A stretch of DNA of 64,000 nt, taken from Squalus acanthias (lineage: Eukaryota). The notes below the pieces were generated by a model, which did no database searches, was not told the origin of the DNA, and was given only the letters and a program-made list of their open reading frames with translations. The translations under genes and the position numbers were made by a program. The first letter of the stretch is position 1, and each line of letters begins with the position of its first letter. Positions 25,957-38,365 of the stretch are shown here, one piece after another. Location: contig CM059432.1 of assembly GCA_030390025.1 (NCBI GenBank), forward strand, positions 130,760,001 through 130,824,000. Direction: 5' to 3'.

Positions 25957-26124
25957 GAATTTGTTTGACTGGATGGTTTATCTGCTGCTCTTTGCTCTGA
26001 TAGCAACTTACGCGGCTGATCTGTCAATGCAGAATGAAATGATGCACACTACGCATATTCGACTGTTTGCTGTGACCATCATATTCCTTTGGCTTCGGCT
26101 CATGAAACACGTCCGAGCTATCAG
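25957..26124 (+). CDS. TRP-like channel, exon J (S3-S4)
   Basis: tttttctag acceptor; WNLFDWMVYLLLFALIATYAAD...RLFAVTIIFLWLRLMKHVRAI has the TRP S3 WN..D and S4 W.RL motifs; AG|gtatgc donor. Confidence 0.92.
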
Positions 26125-27099
26125 GTATGCAGCTCACCTGTTCGTTCTTTTCCCTCAAGTAAAAGATGGCGCTAGGTTTTGATGTTACTTTTCTTCCCAG
26201 CCCTTCTTACTGCAATACACGTTAGGTGATGCACAAGGTAATGCAGGTGTGAATTTTATGCATCACAGTCTCTTCTGCATCCCGTTCAGTTTACTTTGAA
26301 ATTTGCCGTCTTGATTTTGTAACTATTAATCTCGAAAACATTAAACTACATCCATTGCACAGATAGAATGCAGCACTGATTTGAGGAGGTCTTACCAACC
26401 TGTCTTTTTTCACATTAACCACTCTTTCCCCCTCCCCCTCACAAAAGTGGATGTGTGCAATTGGGTGAGAAGAACAGGCTTAATTGTGTCGTGTCCCCTT
26501 CCTCCATGGTCACATAGGCTGCAGACACATGAATGACTGACTACTTGAGTAAGATAGTTGAGGATTATCAGTGTCTATAAAACCATCCCTCAGCAGGGGT
26601 CACTGGCTTTAGGTGAGGAGCCGAGACAATTTATCCTGTGCCACGTGCTGTTCTCCGCAGCGTGACTTGTTCCCGAGCTTCTTTAGCTGCTGTAATTGAG
26701 CCAAGAGGTGCACATCATTCTGTTTTTTTAAGAACTATTTCTCTATGTTTGGAGTATTTTTGCAATCGAGAATATCAAGCAAAGTGTAAGACCCCTTTAA
26801 TTGCCGAAAGACCGATTTTGTAATAAACTTTCAATATGTCTATCTGATAACATGTGTAAAAATAGTACTTAAGTAATTAGTGTGCAATAACAAATCGCAG
26901 GTGATTCATCTTCTTTCGCTGGGAGAAAGTACCTCCATGTGATAACACATCTGATCATGAAAACTTAATTTCGGCCTGTTGGATGAGATGGTTCAGTTAC
27001 GTGTGTGCTGAAATCTTCTCAAGGAAAGAAGTGTAGTGCTGTTTGCATGGGATCTCCATTACATCAACATCTGAATGGTCCTGGAAAAGAAGGAAGTGT

Positions 27100-27598
27100 G
27101 GGGTAGAAATTGGACCACATTTGCACACATTTTACAGGGATAAAAGGGGCACAGTTGTGTCCAATTTCGGGGACCAACAGTCCTGCACCCCAAAGTCGCA
27201 TGAAAGATGTCCAACCCGATATTGGGCCGGACTATTTTTCAGGCATCCCTGGCGGCCACCTAAAACATGCATTAGGGTCTTACATATGTAAGTGAGGGGC
27301 CTAACACCAGTTTTAGACCCCCTCTGAAATTGTATTCTGATGAGCAGAGCGGATTGTTTAGCGGTTGCTGCGGCCTAAGCAGCGACTGGCAGCAAAATGT
27401 CATTTTTTCCCCCCGAAATTTGTTCTTGTGGAGCCAGAAGAAGCAGGACTGCTCCCCCAACTCCACAATACTTGTGTTCGCCCTCGCACCCAGGATTTGC
27501 CTTGGGGCCACAGCTGGCGAGGCAAGCAGCCTGAAATCCATCGAGTTAAAACGCCGCCTTCACACTATCCAAACCGGGCGACAATGAATTTCCACCCC
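27100..27598. mobile_element. Harbinger-type MITE
   Basis: TIRs ggggtagaaatt / ggggtggaaatt; flanks tgt/tat. Confidence 0.6.
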
Positions 27599-28424
27599 TA
27601 TATGTGTGGACGGGCTGGGGGAAAGAAGTCGAGATGTTGGCAGCCACATTGAAGGAATCATTAGACCTTAGCTGACTGAACTCCTGCTGTTGGCCACCTT
27701 GCAGAGCAAAGCGTTGGTTTTTACCAAATGCCTTGAAAATTGAGCCCCAAAAAAGTAATTAAGTTGTACCTTTGGCGCATAGGGGGAAAATTGCTTTGGT
27801 TTCTATGTCTAACAGAATGGTTTTACAGTCTTGCTAGAAATACCAGTCCAGAGAAACTGTTCATGAGCATATTTAAGAGGTCACTACACATAGCAACTGG
27901 AACAATCCTCTGTCCATTGTTTACTTTGGAGTCACAGTCAATACACAGTTTGTGTAACATTTATGGACAATCCTAATGCATGGTTTAACATATTGATAAC
28001 ATATAATCCCTGGAATTATTACATTTTGGTTTTTTTTGCGTGTCTTAATATTCTTTTGCAATTTGCTAGTTGGTCTGAAAAATTCCCCGCACACTGGTTT
28101 CTTTTCCCTGTATCCCAAAAGCGCTCTGTGTTGAGCCGCTGGAGACCGGACTACAGCTGAAGATTACAGTGTGGCCTTTAAAAGACAGACTGCTTGCAGC
28201 ACCGTCTTCAACTTCTAAAAGCACAGCATATGCCACCCTATCAAGGATTTGTCACTGCTTACCAGTCAATCAAAATGTGTGAAACACATCATCCATTTGC
28301 TAATGGAAAATATTCTCGATGTGTAATCTTTGACCCTCATGAAATTAAGTTGCTGTGCTACTGGCAACTATATATAGCACATTTGCCGACATACAGTCAT
28401 ACTTACATACATACACACACACTT

Positions 28425-28437
28425 CTGTATGTATATA

Positions 28438-28493
<56 letters not shown>
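28425..28493. repeat. (GT)n(AT)n compound microsatellite
   Basis: direct reading. Confidence 0.9.
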
Positions 28494-28494
28494 C

Positions 28495-28645
28495 AACGTT
28501 TCAGATTGATGACCTTTCATCAGTTCTGACGAAAGGTCACTGACCTGAAACGTTAACTCTGTTTCTCTCTCCACAGATGCTGCCTGACCTGCTGAGTGTC
28601 TCCAGCATTTTCTGTTTTTATTTCCAATTTGCAATATTTTGCTTT
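28495..28645 (+). mobile_element. Penelope pLTR solo fragment with two opposed hammerhead motifs
   Basis: reverse complement of 10830-10956; + strand hammerhead at 28522-28558; - strand degenerate hammerhead at 28495-28523. Confidence 0.8.
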
Positions 28646-29944
28646 TGTGTCCGTACATACGCACACAAGTGTCAATCTCCCGTAGCATTGCTGAGGGTTC
28701 ATCAGAATGGGGGAGAGGTTAAATGTACGGCCTGTATAATGGGCATCAGGCCTCCAAAGTTTGCATCACAATCTGCCGCGGCCGATCTGGAACGAAAGTG
28801 CGTCGGATGCCATATTAGCTCAGGTGACTTAGAGTTGTCCAGGTGCCTGCCTGAAATAGGTGTTGGGCTCCTTAAATATGCAGTTCGAGGTCCTATGCCT
28901 TTTGTAAGTTCTTGAATATGAAATTCAGTTAGAAATGGGCAGAGCTTGTGCCATACATGCTTCACCTTCTTGTACCAGATCTTAAGCAACCTCACCAGTG
29001 ACCCTGGAGGCTGCTCAAAAAAAGGCCAAAAGAAAACAGGAGTGCTTCTTCTGGGCCCACAGAAGAAAACTCCGTCCCACTGCCGAAGGATTTGAGGCCC
29101 CTCTGGGATCGTTTGCCACCATCCAGACCCAACCTGCCGGCCGGTTCTGCATAAGAGCTGCGCGAATTCCCGCACTTCCCGAACGGCGAGGTGCAGCCGG
29201 GCATCCTCCCAATCTCTCCGCATTCTCCATGGATGCCAATCCCAACCCCTCCCCACCCCCCCCACCACCACCACCCAGGATAATGTGAACCCTTCAGAAA
29301 AATAAGATGGTAAAAATATTATGCGGACAACTAGGAGAGAGAGGAGTAAGAACGGTGAAAGAGAGAAATGAGAGAAAAGAAGTGAAAGAGCAATGAGGAA
29401 AAGAGAAATAAAGAGGGTGAGGAAGGCTGATATGCTTAGCTACAACAGCCCATCGAGGTGAAAAAGCTCCGAACTTTATTTAAGCTGTGTTCTCGTGCAA
29501 GTAACTGAGAGATAAAGAGACAAATGTTGTGCAATGTGGGGGGTTTAGAAGTAGAGAGATCCTGTTGTGAATATATGGGATACCATGTTGTGAGGAGTGG
29601 ATAGAGAGAACCTGCTGAGGGGAGTAGACTCTACTGAAGGAGAAGGGGAGAGACACCCTGTTGAGCAGTGGAGGCCTTTGGAAGAAAAAGGGAAAGAAAT
29701 CCTTTTGCTGGGGAAATCTTGGGCTTCGCTGGGCATTGGAGGGACAATCACTGTTGCGGCACAGCAGGCCCACTTATAGAGCACCACATTCTGTGACTCA
29801 TTGCAAGCAATGCCACAGAATATCCACTGGTTTAACACATATATTTTATGTAAATGTGATTTTTCTCAAATACCATTCTTGACAACAGAAGCAGCGTTAC
29901 ATCAATAATTGCTATTTTAAAAGTTACTTTTTATTTTACATTGA

Positions 29945-30615
29945 GTTACACCAAGTCTACAGCACCGAAACAGGCCATTCAGCTCAAACTGGTCGATGCC
30001 GGCGTGTCTGCTCCACACGAGCCTCCTCCCACTCCTCGTCATCTAACCGTATCAGCATATCCTTCTGTTCCTTTCTCCCTCATGTGTTTATCTAGCTTCC
30101 CCTGAAATGCATCCATCCTATTTGCCTCAACCACTCCCTGTGGTAGCGAGTTCCACATTCTAACCACTCTCTGGCTAAAGAGGTTTCTCCTGAATTCCCT
30201 ATGGGATTTATTGGTGACTATCTTATATTTATGGCCCCCAGTTTTGGTCTTCCACACAAGTGGAAAGATTGTCTCTACGTCTACCTTATCAAACCCCTTC
30301 ATAATCTTAAAGACTATTAGGTCACCTCTCAGTCTTCTCTTTTCTAAGGAAAAGAGCCCCAGCCTGTTCAGCCTTTCCAGATAAGTATATCCTCTCAGTT
30401 CTGGTATCATCCTTGTGAATCTTTGTTGCACCTTCTCCCGTGCCTCTATATCCTTTTATAATACGGAGACCAGAACTGTGCACAGTACACTAAGTATGGT
30501 CTAACCAAGGTTCGATACAAGTTTAACATAACTTCTCTGATTTTCAATTCTAGCTCTCTAGAAATGAACCCCAGTGATTGGTTTGCTTTTTTTATGGCCT
30601 TATTAACCTGCGTCA
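29945..30615 (-). mobile_element. CR1 3' fragment
   Basis: QQRFTRMIPELRGYTYLERLNRLGLFSLEKRRLRGDLI...WNSLP. Confidence 0.88.
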
Positions 30616-30662
30616 TATATTTGCGTATTTATTTGTATAACATTGTTAATTTTCTGGTTTAG

Positions 30663-30781
30663 GGCCCTGGGACCTTTCATTGTAATGCTTGGGAAGATTA
30701 TCATTGACCTCCTAAAGTTCCTCTTTCTTTATGGAGAGTTTTACATCCCTTTTGCATGTGCGTTTTGGATCATATTTGGTG
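30663..30781 (+). CDS. TRP-like channel, exon K (S4-S5 linker and S5)
   Basis: tttag acceptor; RALGPFIVMLGKIIIDLLKFLFLYGEFYIPFACAFWIIFG has the LGP...M.....D..KF TRP signature; G|gtaagt donor. Confidence 0.92.
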
Positions 30782-30879
30782 GTAAGTTTTGTATTTACCT
30801 GCAGATCATTAGATGGAAATTGAATTTTATCATTTTGTTGAGACGAGGGGACAAAATGGCTCTTAACAAAAGACCAGCA

Positions 30880-33110
30880 TAAGAACATAAGAAATAGGAG
30901 CAGGAGTAAGCCATACGGCCCCCTTTAAACTAAAAAAAGGGGGTGAGGGGTCAGGTGGGGGGAATTTTAGAAATCTAAAGAGAAAGATCAAGGCAATAGA
31001 GTAGTGCAGCGATTTGGGTAAAAATAATCAGAGTGTGACAGGAAGGTACAGAGAGTTTAATGGTAGCAGTGCAGCAGAGAATAAGGTCAAAGCAGGGAAT
31101 GATGGTTAAAAAAAATTAAATTAAAGGCTCTGTATCTGAATGCACGAAGCATTCGTAACAAGATAGACAAACTAGTGGCACAAATAGAGATAAATGGGTT
31201 TGATCTAATAGCCATTACAGAGATGTGGTTACAAGGTGACCAAGGTTGTGAACTAAATGTTCCAGGGTACTGGACGTTTCGAAAAGGCAGGCAGAATGGA
31301 AAAGGAGGTGGGTGGGGTGGTGGGGGCAATAGCCCTGATAATAAAGGATGACATAAGGACAGTAGCGAGAAAGGATCTCTGTTCGGAAGATCAGGAAGTA
31401 GAATCAGTATGGGTGGAGATAAGGAATAACAAAGGGCAGAAAACACTGTTGGGAGTAGCATATAGGCCCCCTAACAGTAGCTATACTGTTGGACAGAATA
31501 TTAATCAAGAAATAGTAGGAGCTTGTAACAAAAGTAATGCAATAATCGTGGGGGACTTTAATCTTCATATAGACTGGACAAATCAAATTGGCAAAGGTAT
31601 TCTGGAGGACAAGTTCATGGAATGCATTCGGGACAGTTTCCTAGCACAATACGCCCTGGAACCAACCAGGGAACAGGCTATTTTAAATCTTGTATTGTGT
31701 AATGAGACAGGGTTAATTAGCAATCTCATAGTAAAGGATCCTCTGTAGAGCAATCCAGTCAGTCCCATTCCCCCGCTCTATCCCTGTAGCCCTGCAAGTT
31801 TATTTGCCTTGCCTATGTCCGAAACTAGAGTCTTAAACTTAAACAAAGCCAATTACATAGGTATGAGGGGCAAGTTGGCTAAGGTAGATTGGAAAAATAG
31901 ATTTAAAAGTATGGCAGTAGATAAGCAGTGGCTAGCAGAAACAAAAACTCCAAGGGGGAAAGTGATCCATCCGTGGCTAACTAAGGAAGTTAAGGATAAC
32001 ATTAGACTGAAAGAAGAAGCTTGTAATGTTGCGAAGAATAATAGTAAGCCTGAGGATTGGGAGAGTTTCAGAAACCAGCAAAGGATGACCAAAAAATTGA
32101 TAAAAAGGGAAAAAATAGAAAGAGAGAAAACTAGCAAGAAATGTAAAAACAGATTCTACAAGTATGTAAAAAGGAAGAGAGTAGCAAAAGTAAATGTTGG
32201 TCCCTTAGAGGCTGAGACAGGAGAAATTATTATGGGGAATAAGGAAACGGCAGAAACATTAAACAAATATTTTGTATCTGCCTTCACAGTAGAAAACACA
32301 AAAAGCATACCAAAAATGGTGGAGAACAAAGGGTCGAATGAGAGTGAGGAACGTAATGTAATTAATATAAGTAGAGAAAAAGTACTAAAGAAACTAAAGA
32401 GACTAAAAGCCGACAAACCCCCTAGATCTGACGGCCTCCATCCTAGGATTCTAAAAGAGGTGGCTGAAGAGATAGTGGATGCATTGGTTTTGATCTACCA
32501 AAATTCCCTAGATTCTAGAACGGTCCCAGCGGATTGGAAGGTAGCAAATGTAACACCGCTATTCAAGAAAGGAGGGAAAGAGAAAACAGGGAACTACAGG
32601 ACAGTTGGCCTGACATCAGTCATCAGGAAAATGCTGGAATCCATTGTTAAGGAAGTGGTATCAGGGCACTTAGAAAATCATAACATGATTAGGCAGAGTC
32701 AACGTGGTTTTATGAAAGGGAAATCGTGTTTGACAAATTTATTAGAGTTTTTTGAGGATGTAACTAGCAGGGTAGATAAAGGGGAACCAGTGGATGTAGC
32801 ATATTTGGATTTCCAAAAGGCATTCAATAAGGTGCCACATAAAAGGTTATTATACAAGATAAGGGCTCAAGGGGTTGGGGGTAATATGGATAGAGGATTG
32901 GTTAATGGACAGAAAACAGCGAGTAGGGATAAACGGATCTTTTTCAGGTTGGCAGGCTGCAACTAGTTGGGTGCCACAAGGATCAGTGCTGGGACCTCAG
33001 CTATTTACAGTCTATATTAATGACCTAGATGAAGGGACCGAGTGTAATGTATCCAAGTTTGCTGACGATACAAAGCTAGGTGGGACAGTAAGCTGTGAGG
33101 AGAATATAAA
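30880..33110 (+). mobile_element. CR1 ORF2 pseudogene (APE endonuclease and RT), rearranged
   Basis: LNARSIRNK, IAITEMW, YRPPN, IVGDFN, LDFQKAF and KFADDTK motifs; inverted CR1 tail at 30880-30922; foreign CR1 tail piece at about 31741-31805. Confidence 0.88.
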
Positions 33111-33258
33111 GGGGGAAAAATTCAGTTGGTTGCGCCTCCTGTTAGCGCCTTAAGAGGGCGCTAATGGGGCCCAGGCGCGGCGATGTTTGTGCCGCTTGCG
33201 AAATTAACTAGACATTTTGCGGCGGCGCTAAACACTACCGCCACGATCTCCTGCGCAG
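33111..33258 (+). mobile_element. left end of the same Harbinger family as 44128-48210
   Basis: gggggaaaaattcagttggttgcgcctcc.gttagcgccttaagagggcgctaatgggg is near-identical to 44128-44190; fused at gcag to a CR1 tail. Confidence 0.85.
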
Positions 33259-33994
33259 GAAAGTGGAGTTGAGGTCGATGATCAGCCATGACCTTATTTT
33301 TCAATAATTAACAAGCTACTGATGAGGTTGCAAAAGCATGACCGTAAAACGAGCAATTTCTGCAAATACGGCTTCATTAGTGGGCCATTAACAAACGTTC
33401 TCTCATTTCTCGTTAAAAGGGGAATTTCAACCCTGTCACCAGAACACTGTAAACTACTTATGTTATAAGGATTACAGAATCATGACTCATCCAGAAGGTG
33501 GGAAGTAATTCAAAATGTAAGGGTATAAAAAGATGTCTCAAAGCACAGCAGTGACAGGAGCAGCTTTATATGTCAGGAGAATTTGGAAATTAAGGAAGAT
33601 TCATTTGATATTCCCAGGGTAGACACAAAGCTAAATGGTCCGGTTTGAGTTAACATGCAGGTGGAGGATAGGATTAACAATCTGGATATGCTACAGACTC
33701 CATGGGTAGAATGATGACCGCAGATTATAGAATGAGATAAGAAGGATGTGTAAAGACTAGAATATGGTAATAATGGACAACTTCCATCAACCCAACTTAA
33801 ACTGGGGATGCCTTAATGGAAGGAATGCAACAGAATCAGAACTTGTTACCTTTTGTCCCAATGGAGCCATTTTTTTGTCTTGCTACCGCTCATTTAAACC
33901 TGTTAACAGGGCAGCAGCGAGATGAAAGTTGGCGGGGGGTGGGGGGGCGGGAGGGGGGTGGTGAAACGCAGACTTAACACTGGAGGTCTGCTTG

Positions 33995-34500
33995 TCTGCT
34001 CAGAGGGTGGTGAATCTTTGGAATTCTCTACCCCAGAGGGCTGTGGGGGCTCAGTCGTTGAGTATATTCAAGACAGAGATCGATAGATTTTTGAATATTA
34101 AGAGAATCCAGGGATATGGGGATAGTGCAGGAAAGTGGAGATGAGCTAGAAGATCAGCCATGATCTTATTGAATGGCAGAGCAGGCTCGAAGGGCCAAGT
34201 GGCCTGCTCCTGCTCCTATTTCTTATGTTCTGATTACATAGGATTACATAGGATATATGGCACAGAAACAGGCCATTCGGCCCAACCAGTCCATGTTTAT
34301 GCTCCACCCGTCTTTCCTCATCTAACTCTGTCAGCATAACCCTTTATTCCCTTCTCCCTCATATGTTTATCTAGCCTCCCCTTAAATGCATCTATACTAT
34401 TCGCTTCACCCAATCCCTGTGGTAGCGAGTTCAACATTCTCACCACTCGCTGGGTAAAGAAGTTTCTTCTTATTTGATTTCTTGGTGACTATCTGATATT
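33995..34500. mobile_element. two tail-to-tail CR1 3' fragments
   Basis: + strand tail ends cctatttcttatgttct at about 34231; - strand tail begins ttacataggattacatagga. Confidence 0.75.
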
Positions 34501-34859
34501 GATGTTTGGGCAGACCTCGATTTAAGTGGCCAGAGCTCTTGCCAGAAATGGGCTTGCACTTAATTAAAATATTCAACCAAGGGGTCAAGTGACATTGTCA
34601 GGACTCCCAAGCCATTTTCATGTCAATCCGCACTCCAGCGCTACTTCCACAACCCACTCACAAGCCATGAGCACTACAGGTCAGGCAGCGGCCATTATGA
34701 CACTATTTAAAGGGATACTCACCTGTTCTCATTTAAAATGCTGCTACCGTTTGAGAGACGTTCTGCTAGTGGCTTATAGTTTTTTTTGGCTACTTCGATC
34801 ACTTTTTAAAGTGCTTGTAATAGTTGTACAACCATCTGCAATCTTACTGCAGTTTTTTC

Positions 34860-35312
34860 TGCATGGGGATCCTTCTGGCAATTCCACTCTAGCTAGAGGA
34901 AGAGGAGCAGGAACAAATCGAGCTGCAGGGAGACCAGATAGAAGGAGCCATGTTCGCAGGGATTCCTACCCTCCCAACAGAACGAATAGACCCAGAACAG
35001 CATACCCACACTTACCTGAGCAGTGCAGAAGTAGGCCGCGCTTCTCTAGAGAGGCTGTGCTGTGTCACCTCCTATAACCAGCAGTCACAGCGAGGGCAGC
35101 ATTGTCTGCTGCAGTTAAGGTCACTGCAGCCCTGAACCTATTTGTCTCTGGCTTCTTCCAGGCTGCAACGGGGGATATCAGTAACGTCAGTCAGTCTGCA
35201 GTTCATGCTTGCATTAAGCTCGTGACCGATGCCATGTTTTCTAAAGCAAACGCTTTCATCACGTTCCCCATGGACAACCAGAAACTGCAGGATAGCATTG
35301 TGGGGGTTTTGT
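34860..35312 (+). pseudogene. decayed Harbinger transposase fragment
   Basis: LSAAVKVTAALNLFVSGFFQAATGDISNVSQSAVHACIKLVTDAMF aligns with SLSVAVKVTVALNFYATGSFQAAAGDLANISQFAVHCCIRQVTNALF at about 44915-45055. Confidence 0.8.
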
Positions 35313-35974
35313 AGATTGCAGGAGGCGGGGGGCCGGTGGCGGTCGGGGGGGGTGGGGGGAGCTATGGTTGGATCTACTTCTGGCCCCACTGCATCAAAGG
35401 AGCATGGCTCGGGAAGTTCCAGGGTTTCTCCAGTCCGCCATCTCATTGGCCCATTGGAACCGATGCCTGCTGAGAACAGGTGTAGGTTCCATTATGTGTC
35501 GAGTAGAGACTCCAACCTGCCGGAGGGAGCAGGTAGCAATCTTGGAGGGAATGGATTACCTTGCAGGGATGGCCCGATAGTTTCTTTAGGAGCTACGGAG
35601 TTGGGGGGCTGCTCTGTTCCTATAAGATCCTTCCTGGGCCTCGGCTGCTTTGTTGGAGCTGGTCCAACGTTTTGGGCATCAGTCAGAGCCGGCGCCCCAC
35701 TGATGCGCCCTTACAGGTACAATGTGCCTGCCCCGACCATGCTAATGATCCCACCCCCAGAATTCAAGACACAGTCGGTGGCCTCCACTTAGGACAGCCG
35801 TGGGTTCCACGCCACCGCACTTGTGGCAGCGGAATGGGCCCTTCAGAACTTCAGCCCTTTTATAATTGTGAAAATGAACAATCACGGCAGACACAACTAA
35901 CTGCTCACGGTGTTTTCCGCTTTGTATATCTTTTCCCAATGATTTATTATCTTCCATCATTTCCTTGCTTCTAG

Positions 35975-36173
35975 GCCTAGTACCAAATATGACCACTGTG
36001 CCCCAGATGATGTTTACTGTCTTTCGTATTACGCTGGTTGATGATTATGGGTTTGATGCTATGTACGCAAGGGATCCAGTAATGGCGTATTTTCTCTGTG
36101 GAACATTTCTTGGGGTCTCGAGCATTCTTTGTATCAATCTTCTCATAGCACTGCTTTCCGACACCTTCCAAAG
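35975..36173 (+). CDS. TRP-like channel, exon L (pore helix, filter, S6)
   Basis: cttctag acceptor; GLVPNMTTVPQMMFTVFRITLVDDYGFDAMYARDPVMAYFLCGTFLGVSSILCINLLIALLSDTFQ; the NLLIALLSDT S6 motif is TRP-typical; AG|gtaagt donor. Confidence 0.93.
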
Positions 36174-37877
36174 GTAAGTCTTCATGAAAAATATTTAAGA
36201 CGTAACAAATAATGTGACTTCCTTTGGTGGGTCAGTGGGTAAATGCGTGTGGTTTTGCTGCTGTTAGAGATATAGATCAAGGGTGGTGGCACGATAGGCC
36301 TCAGAATCTGTGGGGTAGAGGAGGGAAAATGATCCAGGTTTCCTGATCCTGATCACATCAATGGACTTTAGTTGGACGTTCATAGGCTAACGAGTGTGGG
36401 CAGGATCAGGCTAGGCTGTAGTGCCCCATAGTGGAATAGCACATCACAGCAGGTTCACTGCCATCAGTACAGCTATTAATATCCTAGAGAGTTCAGGGAG
36501 TGAGGTTGAGAAAGGTGCAATGGGTGAATCACAACTCGCAAGTGGAGGTGGCAGGGTGCGAACCTATGCCATATGTCACAGGTATAGACAAAAGGTTGGC
36601 ATCTTAAAGGACCTGTCTTCTTTCTTTGCCACATTCTTTGACTCTGCCATGAGTAGATGCAACAGCTGGTGGACAATATGCAACAGTGAGCCTCCAACAT
36701 CATTGTAGACCTGCTGGAGGGACTTGTGGAACTGCAGAGTGTCATCGATTGAGTGACATTTCCATGGCGATGTGCAGAGGAGCCCCAAAGCAAGGAGGGA
36801 GCAAGTGCCAAATCGCATTTTCTAACAAATGCTATGACTGGTGCCATTGAGACCTCGGGCACCCAGCTACTGGAGTCATTCGCTGCCAGATTTGACAGCC
36901 TGGTAGGCTGTTTGGAGAGTACCGTGTTGATGAGGGTTATCCACATTGGAGATACCCTACTCATATTTCTGAGGTGCCCATCATCAGGGCATGGCAGGAG
37001 AAGTGCCTTCCTCTCAGGGTATATCCTCCCACTTTTGCAAGGCCTCTCAAAGGATTGAGAAAGTACCAGAGAGCGGATAAACATTGGGCGCTACTGCATT
37101 ATCGAACCACTCCAGCTGTTGCAGGGACATATCTGACCCAGCACCCAGCATTGCTTCATTGCTTGCCCCAACATCTCGCCTTGGAAAATTAGGCACGTAT
37201 AAATCGAGCTCATGAAGCTGGGGGTCCAATTTTCTGACCTGTTGACTGCGCGGCTCATCGCGGACCATGAGTTCAGAACTGTAGGGAGCAGTTTCAAAAT
37301 TAATAAGCAAAATTCGAGCTAAGAAGAATATTTTCCAAGCACTGCACAATGCATTTGTGGAACATGCTCCCAGCAAAAGCAATTCCTTCTGTGTCAATTG
37401 GCTCTTTCAAAAAAGATCTGGAGAAATATTTATAAATGGGTTTGAAGGTTACAGGGGTAAGTATAAGTTAAGATGGTTAAATATTCTATGGGATATGATG
37501 GTGGGTGTGTTCTCGGGAGGTGGGGTTGTCTGTGTTTGGTAACGTCCTGTGAAGTACCTTGGGACATTTTACTATGTTAAAGTTGCTATATCAATGCAAG
37601 TTGTTGTAGGAGGACAGGATTGACAAGTAGAGGGGTGAATAGATATTTTAGATACTGTGTTTGATTACCTTTAGGGTTTAGGGAGTAGTTACGCATAATT
37701 ATCCCTCGGGAGATTGATTGGGGGGGTGGGGGGAAGGAGTAGAGTCCGTGATATGGTAGATTGTACCTGTTCTGTGGAAAGAGTGAGGACTTTTGTCCGA
37801 TGCTTTCTTGCAGTCTTCTATTTGTCGTTGATTTTCTTGACGTGGCTTGTGTTGATCGTTGCTGGTTCTTATTTCAG

Positions 37878-38079
37878 GGTTTACGACAATGCAAATGCAA
37901 ATGCAGCCATGCAACAGGCTAGCATTATACTTTACGTTGAAGACCATCTCAGTCAGAAGAGACAGAATAAGTTTCAAGAATTTATTCATGAGTCATGTGC
38001 ACCTTTGGAGGTTTTCTTTGACGATGATCTGACGATAGATCAAGAAGATGATCTCAAAAAAGTCACCATTCAAATAAAG
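37878..38079 (+). CDS. TRP-like channel, exon M (TRP-helix equivalent, acidic patch)
   Basis: atttcag acceptor; RVYDNANANAAMQQASIILYVEDHLSQKRQNKFQEFIHESCAPLEVFFDDDLTIDQEDDLKKVTIQIK; AAG|gtactg donor. Confidence 0.9.
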
Positions 38080-38365
38080 GTACTGTGAATCCTTTGATGC
38101 CGTCGTATTTGGTCAAAGCGAGTGCATCAAATTCTTGAAACATCTGCACCATAAATTAGAGTAAGGGGCAATCGGATGCTGCAAGTGTGTTAGCAAGCTT
38201 GTTCTTTGGGAAATGATTTCATATCAAGTCCAAACTGATGGGCTGAGGGAGTGATGGGCTACTTTATTTGAGGGCTGCAGACATCTCGCATGAAATATGG
38301 CAGTTTGAGAATCTGAATTCAGTTTTTTAAATCTAGAAATTAAAAACTGGCATTAGTAAGAGTGA

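Noticed and set aside
36480..37420. Overlapping 100-200 aa ORFs
   Set aside because: No recognisable intact domain; the 3' part resembles a degraded CR1 C-terminus (LWNMLP) and the rest probably decayed transposon sequence.
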